From an uncultured delta proteobacterium (lineage in GTDB: Bacteria > Desulfobacterota > Binatia > UBA9968), in NCBI GenBank assembly GCA_963727625.1, contig CAVSHR010000003.1, positions 64,001 to 128,000 of the forward strand: DNA of 64,000 bases, read 5' to 3'. Below, one piece after another: positions 49,330 to 61,815 of the stretch. The position numbers and the translations under genes are program-made. The first letter of the stretch is position 1. Every line of letters begins with the position of its first letter. The notes under the pieces were generated by a model, which was not told the origin of the DNA, did no database searches, and saw only the letters and a list, made by a program, of their open reading frames with translations.

Positions 49330-50838
49330 ATGGAAATCGGCACAGCGGAAATCAGCCGGATCATCAAGGAACAGATTCGCGACTATGAAAAGACGGTTGA
49401 GGTCCAGGAAATCGGCACGGTATTGTCCACTGGCGACGGCATCGCCCGCATCTACGGCCTCGACAAGGTCGCCGCCGGCGAGCTCTTGGAATTTCCCCAT
49501 GGCATTTACGGTGTGGCGCTCAACCTCGAAGAGGATAACGTCGGCGCCGCGCTGTTCGGCGAAACCCACATGATCAAGGAAGGCGATACCGTGAAGCGCA
49601 CGGGTCGCATCGCCGAAGTGCCGGTGGGCAGGGAATTGATCGGTAGGGTGGTCGACGCGCTGGGCCAGCCGATCGACGGTCGCGGTCCGATCGATAGCAA
49701 AGATCGCCGGCGGATCGAAATCAAAGCCCCCGGCATCGTCGCGCGCCAGCCGGTTAAGGAGCCGCTGCAAACCGGACTGAAAGCGATCGACGGCATGATC
49801 CCCATCGGCCGCGGTCAGCGCGAGTTGATCATCGGCGACCGCCAGACCGGCAAGACCGCCGTCGCGATCGACGCCATCATCAATCAAAAAGGCGGCAACG
49901 TCATCTGTATTTACGTCGCCATCGGCCAGAAGCGCTCCACGGTGGCTCAGGTTGTCGATCGGCTTAGAGAGGCCGGCGCCATGGAGTATTCCATCATCGT
50001 GGCGGCGACGGCATCCGAATCCGCCCCGCTGCAATTCATCGCGCCTTACTCGGGCTGCACCATCGGCGAATATTTCCGCGACAACGGCGGTCATGCCTTG
50101 GTGATCTATGACGATCTTTCAAAACATGCGGTGGCGTACCGGCAGCTTTCTTTGCTGTTGCGCCGGCCGCCGGGGCGCGAAGCGTTTCCCGGCGATGTGT
50201 TTTATCTTCACTCCCGGCTGCTCGAGCGGGCGGCGAAGATGAGTGATAAAATGGGTGGTGGCTCACTGACCGCGCTGCCGATCATTGAAACCCAGGCGGG
50301 CGACGTGTCGGCGTACATTCCAACCAACGTTATTTCCATTACCGACGGCCAGATTTTTTTGGAAAGCGATCTTTTCTATTCCGGCGTGCGCCCGGCGATC
50401 AACGTCGGTATTTCGGTCTCCCGGGTTGGCGGCAACGCGCAGATCAAAGCGATGAAGCAAGTCGCCGGCACTCTTCGCCTCGAACTGGCGCAGTATCGAG
50501 AAATGGCTGCCTTTGCACAATTCGGCTCCGACTTGGACCAAACCACGCAGCGCCAGCTCAATCGAGGGGCGCGCTTGGTGGAGCTGCTGAAGCAGGGACA
50601 GTACCAGCCCTTGCCGGTGGAAAAACAGATTCTGATCATCTACGCCGGCACCAACGGATTTGTCGACGAATTGCCGCTCGCGGCGCTCAAGAAGTACGAG
50701 CAGGAGCTCAATTCTTTCGTCGAGTCGAGACATCCCGACATTTTTGCCGATATTCTCAAGAAGCGCGAGTTGGACGCCGACCTGCGCACCAAGTTGACCA
50801 AGGCGCTGGACGAATTTAAGGGGATATTTAAAGCGTAA
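49330..50838 (+). CDS. atpA: ATP synthase F1 subunit alpha
   Basis: [29 protein letters not shown]. Confidence 0.98.
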   Translation: MEIGTAEISRIIKEQIRDYEKTVEVQEIGTVLSTGDGIARIYGLDKVAAGELLEFPHGIYGVALNLEEDNVGAALFGETHMIKEGDTVKRTGRIAEVPVGRELIGRVVDALGQPIDGRGPIDSKDRRRIEIKAPGIVARQPVKEPLQTGLKAIDGMIPIGRGQRELIIGDRQTGKTAVAIDAIINQKGGNVICIYVAIGQKRSTVAQVVDRLREAGAMEYSIIVAATASESAPLQFIAPYSGCTIGEYFRDNGGHALVIYDDLSKHAVAYRQLSLLLRRPPGREAFPGDVFYLHSRLLERAAKMSDKMGGGSLTALPIIETQAGDVSAYIPTNVISITDGQIFLESDLFYSGVRPAINVGISVSRVGGNAQIKAMKQVAGTLRLELAQYREMAAFAQFGSDLDQTTQRQLNRGARLVELLKQGQYQPLPVEKQILIIYAGTNGFVDELPLAALKKYEQELNSFVESRHPDIFADILKKRELDADLRTKLTKALDEFKGIFKA

Positions 50839-50906
50839 GGGTTTATTTTTTGAATTCGTGTTTCTGGCATTAACTCGGAGCCTGAAACTAGAAACTCTTA
50901 AAAACC

Positions 50907-51770
<864 letters not shown>

Positions 51771-51789
51771 TAAAAAGCCGTGCTTGTGA

Positions 51790-53262
<1,473 letters not shown>

Positions 53263-53265
53263 AAT

Positions 53266-53336
53266 AGGCATGAGGCATGAGGCATGAGGCACGAGTAATT
53301 TTTATTCGCGCCTCGTGCGTTTCGCCTCACGCCTGA
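53266..53336. repeat. Heptamer repeats (AGGCATG x3-4) with inverted counterparts, between atpD and atpC
   Basis: aggcatg aggcatg aggcatg aggcacg ... cgcctcg..cgcctca cgcctga. Confidence 0.75.
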
Positions 53337-53349
53337 TTTCTGTGAAATC

Positions 53350-53766
53350 ATGGCAGACAAGATCAGATTAAGAGTGGTGACGCCGACGCGACTGGTTCTC
53401 GACGAAGACGTCGATGAGGTGACCGCGCGGGGCGAGCTCGGCGAGTTCGGGGTGCTGCCGAACCATATCGCTTTTTTGTCGACGCTCGTCGCCGGCGAGC
53501 TCAACTACAAGCGGGGGGCCGACAAGCGAATCCTGGTGGTGAGCGGCGGTTATGCTGAGGTCTTGGATAATGTTATGACTGTGCTGGCTCCGGCAGCGGA
53601 GTTCGCGTCCGAAATCGATGTTGCGCGGGCGCAGCGCGCCAAGGAGCGGGCCGAAAAGCAACTGGCCGAGCTCGACCGGGAAGAAAAAGATTGGCAGGTG
53701 GCCGAGGCCGCGTGCCAAAGGGCTCTGGTGCGGCTCCAGGTTGCCAGCAGAGAAGCAAGAAGATAA
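53350..53766 (+). CDS. atpC: ATP synthase F1 subunit epsilon
   Basis: VVTP, GEFGVLPNH, VSGGYAEV. Confidence 0.96.
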   Translation: MADKIRLRVVTPTRLVLDEDVDEVTARGELGEFGVLPNHIAFLSTLVAGELNYKRGADKRILVVSGGYAEVLDNVMTVLAPAAEFASEIDVARAQRAKERAEKQLAELDREEKDWQVAEAACQRALVRLQVASREARR

Positions 53767-53794
53767 GAAAGAGAGAGATTAAGGAGGGCGATTT

Positions 53795-54928
53795 ATGGCC
53801 GAGACATCAAAACAGGAACCCGTCATTACGATGTGGAGCAAGGAATTTACCTACGATCGGTGGATGAAGTCGAAAGGCATTCCGATCCACAAGGGCTACT
53901 TCATCCCCGATCTCCGGACCGTCGAGTTGGAGTGGTGGGAGGAGAGAGGCTGCAAGTCCGCCTTTATTCAGCTCTGGGGCCAGGAAGGCGTGAGCGCGTC
54001 GCGAGTGACTGAAGTTCCTCCGGGTAAATCGTTGCCGCCCGTGAAGTTCGCCTTGGATGAAATCGTCTATGTCCTGTCCGGTCGCGGTTTAACCACGGTT
54101 TGGGCCGGCGAAGGCAAGCCCAAGAAGAACTTCGAGTGGCAAGAGCACTCGATGTTTTTGGTGCCGCGCAATCACTGGCATGTCTTCAGCAACATGCAGG
54201 GCGACAAGCCGATCCGGCTGTTCCATTATAGTTATATGCCGATGGCGATGTCGGCGCTGCCTGAACCGGACATGTATTTCAACAATCCCTACGAGTCAAA
54301 AATTACCGTGGCTGACGGTGATTTCTATTCTGAAGCGAAGATGGTGCAAGCCAAGGACGCCGACGAAGGGCTTGGTATGCGGGCGTTCTGGTACGGCAAT
54401 TTTTTCCCCGACATGCGGGCGTGGAACAAACTCGACGCCAACGAGCGGCGCGGCGCCGGCGGCAAGAGTGTGTTCATGCAGTTTCCCAATTCCGAGCTTA
54501 CCGCGCATATGTCGGTGTTTGCGCCGAAGACTTACAAAAAAGCGCACCGCCACGGCCCCGGCCGCGCGATTATTATTCCCGCCGGCGAAGGCTATTCGAT
54601 CATGTGGGAAGAGGGCAAAGAAAAGATCGTCTGTCCGTGGCATGAGTGCAGCATGATCACGCCGCCCGACAAGTGGTTTCACCAGCATTTTAACGCCGGC
54701 GGCGACATGGCGCGCTATCTCGCGCTCCATCCGCCGATGCAGTTCCACGGTCACGCCGAGAAGGTCGAGGACCGCGCCAAGGATCAGATCGAGTACCCCA
54801 GAGAAGATCCTTTTATCCGGCAGAAATTCCAGGAGGAATTGGCCAAGCGCGGCATCAAGAGCGAAATGCCTGCCGAGTGCTATAGCAACCCGGACTATGA
54901 ATGGTCCAAGGCGATGGGGAAACAATAG
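53795..54928 (+). CDS. Bicupin protein (gentisate 1,2-dioxygenase-like fold)
   Basis: DEIVYVLSGRGLT, KAHRHGPG, WFHQHFN; AAGGAGG RBS. Confidence 0.8.
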   Translation: MAETSKQEPVITMWSKEFTYDRWMKSKGIPIHKGYFIPDLRTVELEWWEERGCKSAFIQLWGQEGVSASRVTEVPPGKSLPPVKFALDEIVYVLSGRGLTTVWAGEGKPKKNFEWQEHSMFLVPRNHWHVFSNMQGDKPIRLFHYSYMPMAMSALPEPDMYFNNPYESKITVADGDFYSEAKMVQAKDADEGLGMRAFWYGNFFPDMRAWNKLDANERRGAGGKSVFMQFPNSELTAHMSVFAPKTYKKAHRHGPGRAIIIPAGEGYSIMWEEGKEKIVCPWHECSMITPPDKWFHQHFNAGGDMARYLALHPPMQFHGHAEKVEDRAKDQIEYPREDPFIRQKFQEELAKRGIKSEMPAECYSNPDYEWSKAMGKQ

Positions 54929-54963
54929 ATTTAGCGGCAAGAATTTCCAAAACGGACGTTTAT

Positions 54964-54993
54964 GGAATCCCCGCTCCAGCGAGCGGGGATTCC
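54964..54993. other. Perfect 13-bp stem-loop between the cupin and EutA-like genes
   Basis: GGAATCCCCGCTC-cagc-GAGCGGGGATTCC. Confidence 0.7.
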
Positions 54994-55014
54994 TGTTTAT
55001 GAAGGACACAAAAA

Positions 55015-56553
55015 ATGGCGGACAGAGGCAAATTCATGCATGATGATATTTACGATCATGACCATCCCGATAATTTTATTATCAAGGAAGACGAGATTGT
55101 TACCGATATCGAGGGGCTGGAGATGTTCTCGCTCAAGAGCGTGGGCATCGACATCGGCTCGTCGACCTCGCACTTGATCTTCTCGCATATTACGTTACGG
55201 CGCGAAGGCGCGTCGCTCTCGGGCAAGTTCAGAGTCACCAACCGCGAGGTGCTGTTCCGGTCGCCGATCATGCTGACGCCTTATATTTCCGCGACCAAGA
55301 TCGATACCGATCAGGTCAACGAGTTTATTCAAAGCGCGTATAAAGAAGCGGGCTTGACGCCCGAAGACGTCGATACCGGAGCGGTGATCATCACCGGCGA
55401 GGCGCTCAAGAAAGAAAACGCCCAGCCGATCGTCGAGAACTTCGCCAAATATTCCGGCAAGTTTATTTGCGCCGCGGCGGGCCATAATCATGAGGCGCTA
55501 TTGGCGGCGTACGGCTGCGGCGCAGTGGATCTATCCAAGAGCGAGCACAAGACGGTGCTCAACGTCGACATGGGCGGCGGCACGACGAAATTTTCCCTGG
55601 TGGAAGACGGTGTGGTGGCCCAGACGGCTTCGATCAACATCGGCGCGCGGCTGATCGCCTTCGATGACAGCGACACGATGACTCGCATCGAAGACGCCGG
55701 CCGCCTGATGATGAAAGAGCTGGGCTACAGCGTCGAGATCGGCCAGAAGATTACCGACAAGATGAAAGAAGACTTCGGCGCCTACATGGCGCAGATTCTG
55801 TTCGAGACCATCGAAGAGGGTCCGAATTCGCCGATGGCGCGTCACCTCATGGTGACACCGCCGTTCGCCAATTATAAAGGTTTCAAGCAGGTGCAGCATA
55901 TTGTTTTCTCCGGCGGGGTTTCCGAGCATGTCTACGATCGCGATCCAACGTCGTACGGCGACATCGGCCCGGTGCTCGGCAGGAACATGCGCGAGTATTT
56001 AAAAAAATTGCCGACGGACGTGCTGCGCGAGCCCGTTGAGGGCATCCGTGCCACGGTGATCGGCGCCGGGGAGTACACCATCCAAGCGAGCGGCAACACC
56101 AGCTACGTTTCCAACGAAAAAGCGCTGCCGGTCCATGGCCTTAAAGTCATTCAAGCGCCGATTCGAGAGGGCGAGTCGGTGAGCGAGGCGCTAAAGCAAT
56201 CCTTGCGCAAGTTCGACTTGGCCCGCTTTACCTCCGGCCTGGCGTTGTCTTTGACCGTCAGCGGCGTGCCGGATTACCAATCGGTGCGGCGCATCGCGGC
56301 GGGTGTTGCGGAGATCCTCAAGGAAGCCGATGATATGAAATGTCCGCTCTATCTGACCCTTGACCTCGACATCGCCAAGTCCCTCGGTGCCATGCTCAAA
56401 GACGAGTTCAAAGTCGCCCGTGATATCATCGCCGTCGACGGCATCGAAGTGGGCGACTTGGACTACATCGATATCGGCGAATGTCTGGGTATCACGGAAG
56501 TCATTCCGGTGACCGTCAAGTCGCTGATGTTTCCGACTGCGAGCAACGACTAA
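55015..56553 (+). CDS. eutA: EutA-like reactivating factor (ASKHA/actin-like ATPase)
   Basis: SVGIDIGSSTS, TGAVIITGEA, NVDMGGGTTK, IRATVIGAG, DYIDIG, PVTVKSL. Confidence 0.8.
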   Translation: MADRGKFMHDDIYDHDHPDNFIIKEDEIVTDIEGLEMFSLKSVGIDIGSSTSHLIFSHITLRREGASLSGKFRVTNREVLFRSPIMLTPYISATKIDTDQVNEFIQSAYKEAGLTPEDVDTGAVIITGEALKKENAQPIVENFAKYSGKFICAAAGHNHEALLAAYGCGAVDLSKSEHKTVLNVDMGGGTTKFSLVEDGVVAQTASINIGARLIAFDDSDTMTRIEDAGRLMMKELGYSVEIGQKITDKMKEDFGAYMAQILFETIEEGPNSPMARHLMVTPPFANYKGFKQVQHIVFSGGVSEHVYDRDPTSYGDIGPVLGRNMREYLKKLPTDVLREPVEGIRATVIGAGEYTIQASGNTSYVSNEKALPVHGLKVIQAPIREGESVSEALKQSLRKFDLARFTSGLALSLTVSGVPDYQSVRRIAAGVAEILKEADDMKCPLYLTLDLDIAKSLGAMLKDEFKVARDIIAVDGIEVGDLDYIDIGECLGITEVIPVTVKSLMFPTASND

Positions 56554-56805
56554 TCGTCGGGTGCGCGATCTACAGGATTGTTTTTACAGCCGCGTAACCC
56601 AGACTTCCGGCATTAGCAGTCCAAGGCAAAGCTCGCGGGCGATCTTCACTTTTGCCGGTGCGACGCTCTCCTCTCTACGTTTGGAGAGAACTGGATTGTT
56701 GCCGGGGCCGGGCGAGTGTCTCCGGCGGCGACGGCGCCCGGCTTAGATGCGCCGGAAATTCGCCGGACAAGGGCCGCAACGACGCGGCTGTTGTCAATGA
56801 CGCTC

Positions 56806-57666
56806 ATGGCTGAATATTTTTCCTTCCAAGCGGCGCTGTGTTTTTCCATCGCTCATACCCTGGTGCGGCGCGGCCTGGTGCATTCCACCGCCCTGACCGG
56901 TTCGATCATCTCGCTCGGCACCAGCGCGGTAATTTTCTGGTTCCTGGTCTTCCTTTTCGTTCCCCTTTCGGCGCTCCGGACGCCGGCCATCGGTTATTTC
57001 GTCGCCGCCGGGGTTTTTGCGCCGGCGATCGGACAATCCTTGGGCTATATCGGCATGGAACGCATCGGTGTGGCCCGTTCTTCGCCGATCGTCAATACCT
57101 CGCCGATTTTTTCGTCGATTTTCGCGGTACTCATTTTGGGTGAAGTTTGGCTGATGCAAAACATTGCGGGCACGGTATTAGTCATTGTCGGCGTGATCAT
57201 GCTCTCCCTCAGTCAGCCCGCCCAAAGCCCATGGCGTAAGAGCGATATCATCTATCCCGTCCTGGCGGCGCTGGCCTTCGGCGTTTCGACGACGCTCAGA
57301 AAATCCGGCTTGCTGACGGTGTCGATTCCCCTTTTGGCTGCCGCTGTGACGGTGGGTACGGCGTTTTTCGTCTTGCTGGGCGTCGTCAAGCTGCGTGGCC
57401 CAAGCCGGGTCCTAAAATTTAACCGTCAGAGCGGCGGTTGGCTGTTCGGCGCAGCGCTTTTCAATACCGGCGCGATCCTGTCGTTTTTTTCCGCGCTCAA
57501 CGTCGGCAAAATCGTCCGCGTCGAACCGCTGGTCGCGTGTAATCCGCTGCTGACGATTCTTTGGACCGGGATCTTTCTGCGCCAGATCGAGCAATTGTCC
57601 GGACGGGTGATTTTCGGCGCGTTGGTTACGGTGGCGGGCACGGTGCTGGTGGTAACCGCTAGATAA
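56806..57666 (+). CDS. DMT/EamA family transporter
   Basis: 10-TM pattern, ERIGVARS..IVN.SP, VEPLV..NP. Confidence 0.88.
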   Translation: MAEYFSFQAALCFSIAHTLVRRGLVHSTALTGSIISLGTSAVIFWFLVFLFVPLSALRTPAIGYFVAAGVFAPAIGQSLGYIGMERIGVARSSPIVNTSPIFSSIFAVLILGEVWLMQNIAGTVLVIVGVIMLSLSQPAQSPWRKSDIIYPVLAALAFGVSTTLRKSGLLTVSIPLLAAAVTVGTAFFVLLGVVKLRGPSRVLKFNRQSGGWLFGAALFNTGAILSFFSALNVGKIVRVEPLVACNPLLTILWTGIFLRQIEQLSGRVIFGALVTVAGTVLVVTAR

Positions 57667-57671
57667 ATTCC

Positions 57672-58535
57672 ATGGAGATTTACTTCTCGTTTCAGGCGGC
57701 GCTCTGCTTTTCCATCGCCCATATCCTCATCCGGCGCGGTCTGGTCGAGTCCAACGCGATGACCGGCGCGTTTATTTCCCTGTCCATGAGCGCCGGCGTG
57801 TTGTGGTGTCTGGTGCCCTTTTTCGTGCCGCTGTCGGCGCTCTGGACGCCGTGGATCGCCATTTTCATAATCGCCGGGATCCTCGCGCCCGGCATCGGCC
57901 GGACCTTGAGTTATGTCGGCATTGAAAGAATCGGCGTGGCCCGTTCGGTGCCGATCGTAAACTCCTCGCCGATTTTCGCCTCGGTGTTCGCCGTGATCTT
58001 TCTCGGCGAGACTTGGGTTTTGCAGAATATCCTCGGCACGTTGCTGGTGATTTCCGGCGTGGTAACGCTTTCGCTGGTAAAATCACCGGCCAAGGGCGAT
58101 TGGCGCAAGCGCGACGTGATCTTTCCGATCATCGGAGCGGTCGTCTTCGGCGCCTCGGCAAACTTGCGGAAGGCGGGATTGGGTTTCGTCCATTTTCCGA
58201 TTTTGGCCGCGGCGATGACCGCCGGCGCAGCGGCTGTGTTTTCATTTGTCTTGCTCCGAGTCAGAGGCGGCGTGGCGAGCATTAGGCTTACCCGCAAGAG
58301 CGCGCGCTGGCTATTCACCGCTGGAGTTGTCAACACCGCGGCGATGTTGTCGGTTTTCTACGCGCTCAGCCTCGGCAAAGTGGTTATTGTCGAGCCGCTG
58401 GTGAGTTTCAATCCGGTGATCACACTGACGCTGACGGCGATTTTTCTCAGAGACTTGGAAGCGGTGAATTGGCGCGTGTTCGCCGGCGCCCTTTTGACCG
58501 TGACCGGAACGATCTTGGTGGTGACCGCTAAATAG
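57672..58535 (+). CDS. DMT/EamA family transporter (tandem paralog)
   Basis: Shares YFSFQAALCFSIAH and other motifs with the upstream gene. Confidence 0.88.
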   Translation: MEIYFSFQAALCFSIAHILIRRGLVESNAMTGAFISLSMSAGVLWCLVPFFVPLSALWTPWIAIFIIAGILAPGIGRTLSYVGIERIGVARSVPIVNSSPIFASVFAVIFLGETWVLQNILGTLLVISGVVTLSLVKSPAKGDWRKRDVIFPIIGAVVFGASANLRKAGLGFVHFPILAAAMTAGAAAVFSFVLLRVRGGVASIRLTRKSARWLFTAGVVNTAAMLSVFYALSLGKVVIVEPLVSFNPVITLTLTAIFLRDLEAVNWRVFAGALLTVTGTILVVTAK

Positions 58536-58608
58536 CCGTTTGCGTGGAGGTTGTTTCGGTATTCGGGGATGATATGAATCTAGCAAGTAACCTATCGGAG
58601 GAAGCGTA

Positions 58609-59745
58609 ATGTCCAAGGCGATGCAAGCGGAACGGAAAATGTGGAGCAAATATTACAGCTACGACGAGTGGATGGAAACCCAAAAGATTCCCATTTACCG
58701 GGGTTACTATATCGAGGACTTGCGCACCTTGGAGCTGGGCTGGTGGGACGCGCGCGAGTGCAACTCGGCGTTCATCCAGCTGGTCGGCCAGGAGGGCGTG
58801 ACTTCGGCTCGGGTGACGGAGGTTCCCCCGGGCAAGAGCTTGCCGCCGATCAAATTCGCCCTCGACGAGATCGTCTACGTCGTCGAGGGGCGTGGCTTGA
58901 CGACGATCTGGGCAGGCGAAAAGCGCCCCAAGAAGACCTTCGAGTGGCAAAAACACAGCATGTTTTTGCTGCCGCACAATTACACGCACCAGTTCAGCAA
59001 CATGCAAGGCGACCGGCCGGCGCGGTTGCTGCACTACAATTACATGCCGCTGACGCTCTCCGGCGTGCGCGATCCGAAGTTTATCTTCGGCAATCCCTAC
59101 GAGGGCGAGGATATCCAGAACGAGATGGATTTCTACTCCGAAGCCAAGATGGTTTCGCAACAGAATCTCGACGAGTCCTGGGGCCGGCGGGCCTACTGGT
59201 ACGGCAATTTTTTCCCCGACATGCGCGCCTGGGATAAGCTCGACAGCAACGCCCGGCGCGGCGCCGGCGGTCGCAGTGTCTACATTCAATTCCCCGATTC
59301 TGAAATGTCTTGCCACATGTCAGTCTTCGACGCGCGCTTATACAAGAAGGCGCACAGACATGGTCCAGGTCGCGTCATCGTCATTCCGGTCGGCGAAGGC
59401 TACTCGATCATGTGGGAAGAAGGCAAAGACAAGGTCGTTGTCCCGTGGCATGAGGCGAGCTGCTTCGTGCCGCCGAACAAATGGTTTCACCAGCACTTCA
59501 ACGCCGGCGGCGACCCGGCGCGCTATCTCGCGCTCCACCCGCCGATGCAGTTTCACGGCCACGCCGAAAAGGTCGAAGACCGCGCCAAGGACCAGATTGA
59601 GTACGTCAACGAGGACAAGTGGGTACGCGAGAAGTTCGAAGGCGAGCTGGCAAAGAAAGGTCTGACCTCGCTGATGCCCGCGGAGGCGTACAACGACCCG
59701 AGCTTCGAGTGGAACTGGTCACCGTTTATTAAGAGCGCGAAGTAA
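58609..59745 (+). CDS. Bicupin protein, close paralog of 53795-54928
   Basis: Long identical stretches, e.g. RYLALHPPMQFHGHAEKVEDRAKDQIEY. Confidence 0.85.
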   Translation: MSKAMQAERKMWSKYYSYDEWMETQKIPIYRGYYIEDLRTLELGWWDARECNSAFIQLVGQEGVTSARVTEVPPGKSLPPIKFALDEIVYVVEGRGLTTIWAGEKRPKKTFEWQKHSMFLLPHNYTHQFSNMQGDRPARLLHYNYMPLTLSGVRDPKFIFGNPYEGEDIQNEMDFYSEAKMVSQQNLDESWGRRAYWYGNFFPDMRAWDKLDSNARRGAGGRSVYIQFPDSEMSCHMSVFDARLYKKAHRHGPGRVIVIPVGEGYSIMWEEGKDKVVVPWHEASCFVPPNKWFHQHFNAGGDPARYLALHPPMQFHGHAEKVEDRAKDQIEYVNEDKWVREKFEGELAKKGLTSLMPAEAYNDPSFEWNWSPFIKSAK

Positions 59746-60554
59746 TTCGATCCTTTGCTTCCACCGTTCAATTTCTCCACGAGAATACCTCTGGCATCGC
59801 AACGGTTGCTTTATTTCCCTTGCGCCTGCTTTAACCCGACTCTCAACATTTCTTCGCTCATGGGAGTCTTTAGCCCCACTTGCGCGAGGGCCTTCCCGCA
59901 GGAATTTGAAAAAATGAGAGGTATAGGGAGGTCTTTTAGAATTTATCGCTGGTTTTTCCGGTTGCTCCAATTAGATTCCTTTTGCTCAGCGTTCCCATTC
60001 CTCGTACCAGGGCGGTCACTTAGCAACGATACTCCAAATGATCATGATAATTTGAAGTGTATGTTCACGCGATCACTGCGACTCCCGAAAACCGGTGCGG
60101 AAACGATTTTCCTTCAAGGGTGAAACAGCGGATCATTGTTTGCCTGGTACCGAAGACTCGGCACACCGATGATGGTTTTCTGGTCCTTCCCGCTGGGGAT
60201 TTTTGCCAGCGATTGCCGCCGGGCGATCTGTTCTGAGTGATCGGTCCAGGGGAGGGAATCGTCTCCATGCCGGTGATTGCAATAGAGACTTCCCGGCCTA
60301 TTTCGAGTCGCCTCTCTCAAGGAAGTTCGGGCCTGTGCGACGCATTATGATGCAGCCTCAGGGCTAAAGTGAATTTCAAAGCTCCGAGGATGTCGCAGCG
60401 AACACAAAGGCATTATTGACGGTGCTAATAGGGGTGTCTACAGGGGGTTTGTTTGGCGAAAAATATTAGCAAACGGCGATCGCGCCGTATCAATTATCAA
60501 AATAGCAAGGCCAGGCCCCATCGCCGGTCCCTTCAAGGGTTAGGTGTTCTCAAG

Positions 60555-61637
60555 TCAACAGTTAAACGGAATCACCCCAACACCGATGGATTTTCTGAAT
60601 GTGATCGGATTCCTGCGAATCTCCTTGCCGTTGATAAATATATTGGGCAAATGAACGATAAGCGATTCGAGCGGCTTCTCACTTATAACGATATCAGCGA
60701 CTGCCGTTGTCTTCACGACGGATCCGTTGCCAAGGACTGGCGCCGTAAAACTTGTCGTAAGGTGAAAGCTTGGAATAACACTCCGGAAGCTGACATAGCG
60801 TTCTTCGCCCGTATCGAGATCGACAATTCGTATTGTATTAGACCCAAAGCGCCATTTCACGGAAGGCGGGAAAGACACCATGAGGTTGCCTCCAAACTCA
60901 TCTTTTAGATATCCGCTTGTCACACCGCCCCCGATAATAAAACCATCGACGTTGACCCATGAACCGTCTTTCCTTTCCTGCGTTCTATAGGGCCACCACC
61001 ACAATCTTTGTTTGCCTTTAGCTTCAATACGATTCTTTTCCTTTACTTCCTCATCTTCCACGAGTTCAATGGCGGGGATCCGGTATTCCTTATCATGGGC
61101 AATAATCGGAGGTAAATGAACCATTACGGCGCGGGGATGGTAATTGCGTATCGAAAAGGGAACCCAAACCTGGAAATCCTTCCACGAGATATCCGTTGGC
61201 ACATGGGGGGACGTTGTTGTTCCGATCTCGTCAAAGTTTATGCTGGCGCTGGCAGGAATTGTAATTGACGGGCCCTGCTGCAAACTTATTGTCCGAGCTT
61301 TTATTGTCCATTCCTTGCCTGAGGTCCTGTCAGTTAACCGAATGTCGTTGGCTGCAAATTGCGCTGAGGACCCGCGAGGCACGTCAATGACAATCCCAAG
61401 TCGCATCTTTCCATCCTTTTCAGAATCCAATCTCACTTTGACAATGACCCCACCCGCTGCAGCAAATTTGATGACCGACGGTGGACCTGCTGTTCCATAA
61501 CACCATCCGCCTTCGAACGTAGCGGAGTCATCCGAGTACGATGGCCGATAGTAAGTCCCTTGGGGGCCAACTACGCAAGAAGCAGCTGAGATCAGAAGAG
61601 ACAAGAACAAGATACTCTTTATCGATGGCAGATTCAT
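60555..61637 (-). CDS. Hypothetical lipoprotein with an internal domain duplication
   Basis: Lipobox-like ISAASC after a hydrophobic stretch; AT-richer than flanks. Confidence 0.7.
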   Translation of the reverse strand: MNLPSIKSILFLSLLISAASCVVGPQGTYYRPSYSDDSATFEGGWCYGTAGPPSVIKFAAAGGVIVKVRLDSEKDGKMRLGIVIDVPRGSSAQFAANDIRLTDRTSGKEWTIKARTISLQQGPSITIPASASINFDEIGTTTSPHVPTDISWKDFQVWVPFSIRNYHPRAVMVHLPPIIAHDKEYRIPAIELVEDEEVKEKNRIEAKGKQRLWWWPYRTQERKDGSWVNVDGFIIGGGVTSGYLKDEFGGNLMVSFPPSVKWRFGSNTIRIVDLDTGEERYVSFRSVIPSFHLTTSFTAPVLGNGSVVKTTAVADIVISEKPLESLIVHLPNIFINGKEIRRNPITFRKSIGVGVIPFNC

Positions 61638-61755
61638 TTTGGAAACCTAACGCTGGATTGAATGTTGACGCTTTAGTTTACTCATGAGAAGGAGCACGCT
61701 TGATCGACGATCAGGCGGTCTGTTTTTTGCGCGTACGCGGTTTAGTATTTCAGGC

Positions 61756-61815
61756 TTCGTCTCAGTACGCCGGGATTTTCACAACGACTCAATTACGGTT
61801 TAAACCGAGGAGTAC
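61756..61815 (-). repeat. Diverged direct-repeat copy of the LLM gene 3' end and downstream bases (62841-62900)
   Basis: ttcgtctcagtacgccgggattttcacaacgactcaattacggtttaaaccgagg-agtac vs ctcgcctcagcgggccgggacttccacaacaactga-ttacggtttaagtcgcggtagcac. Confidence 0.75.
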
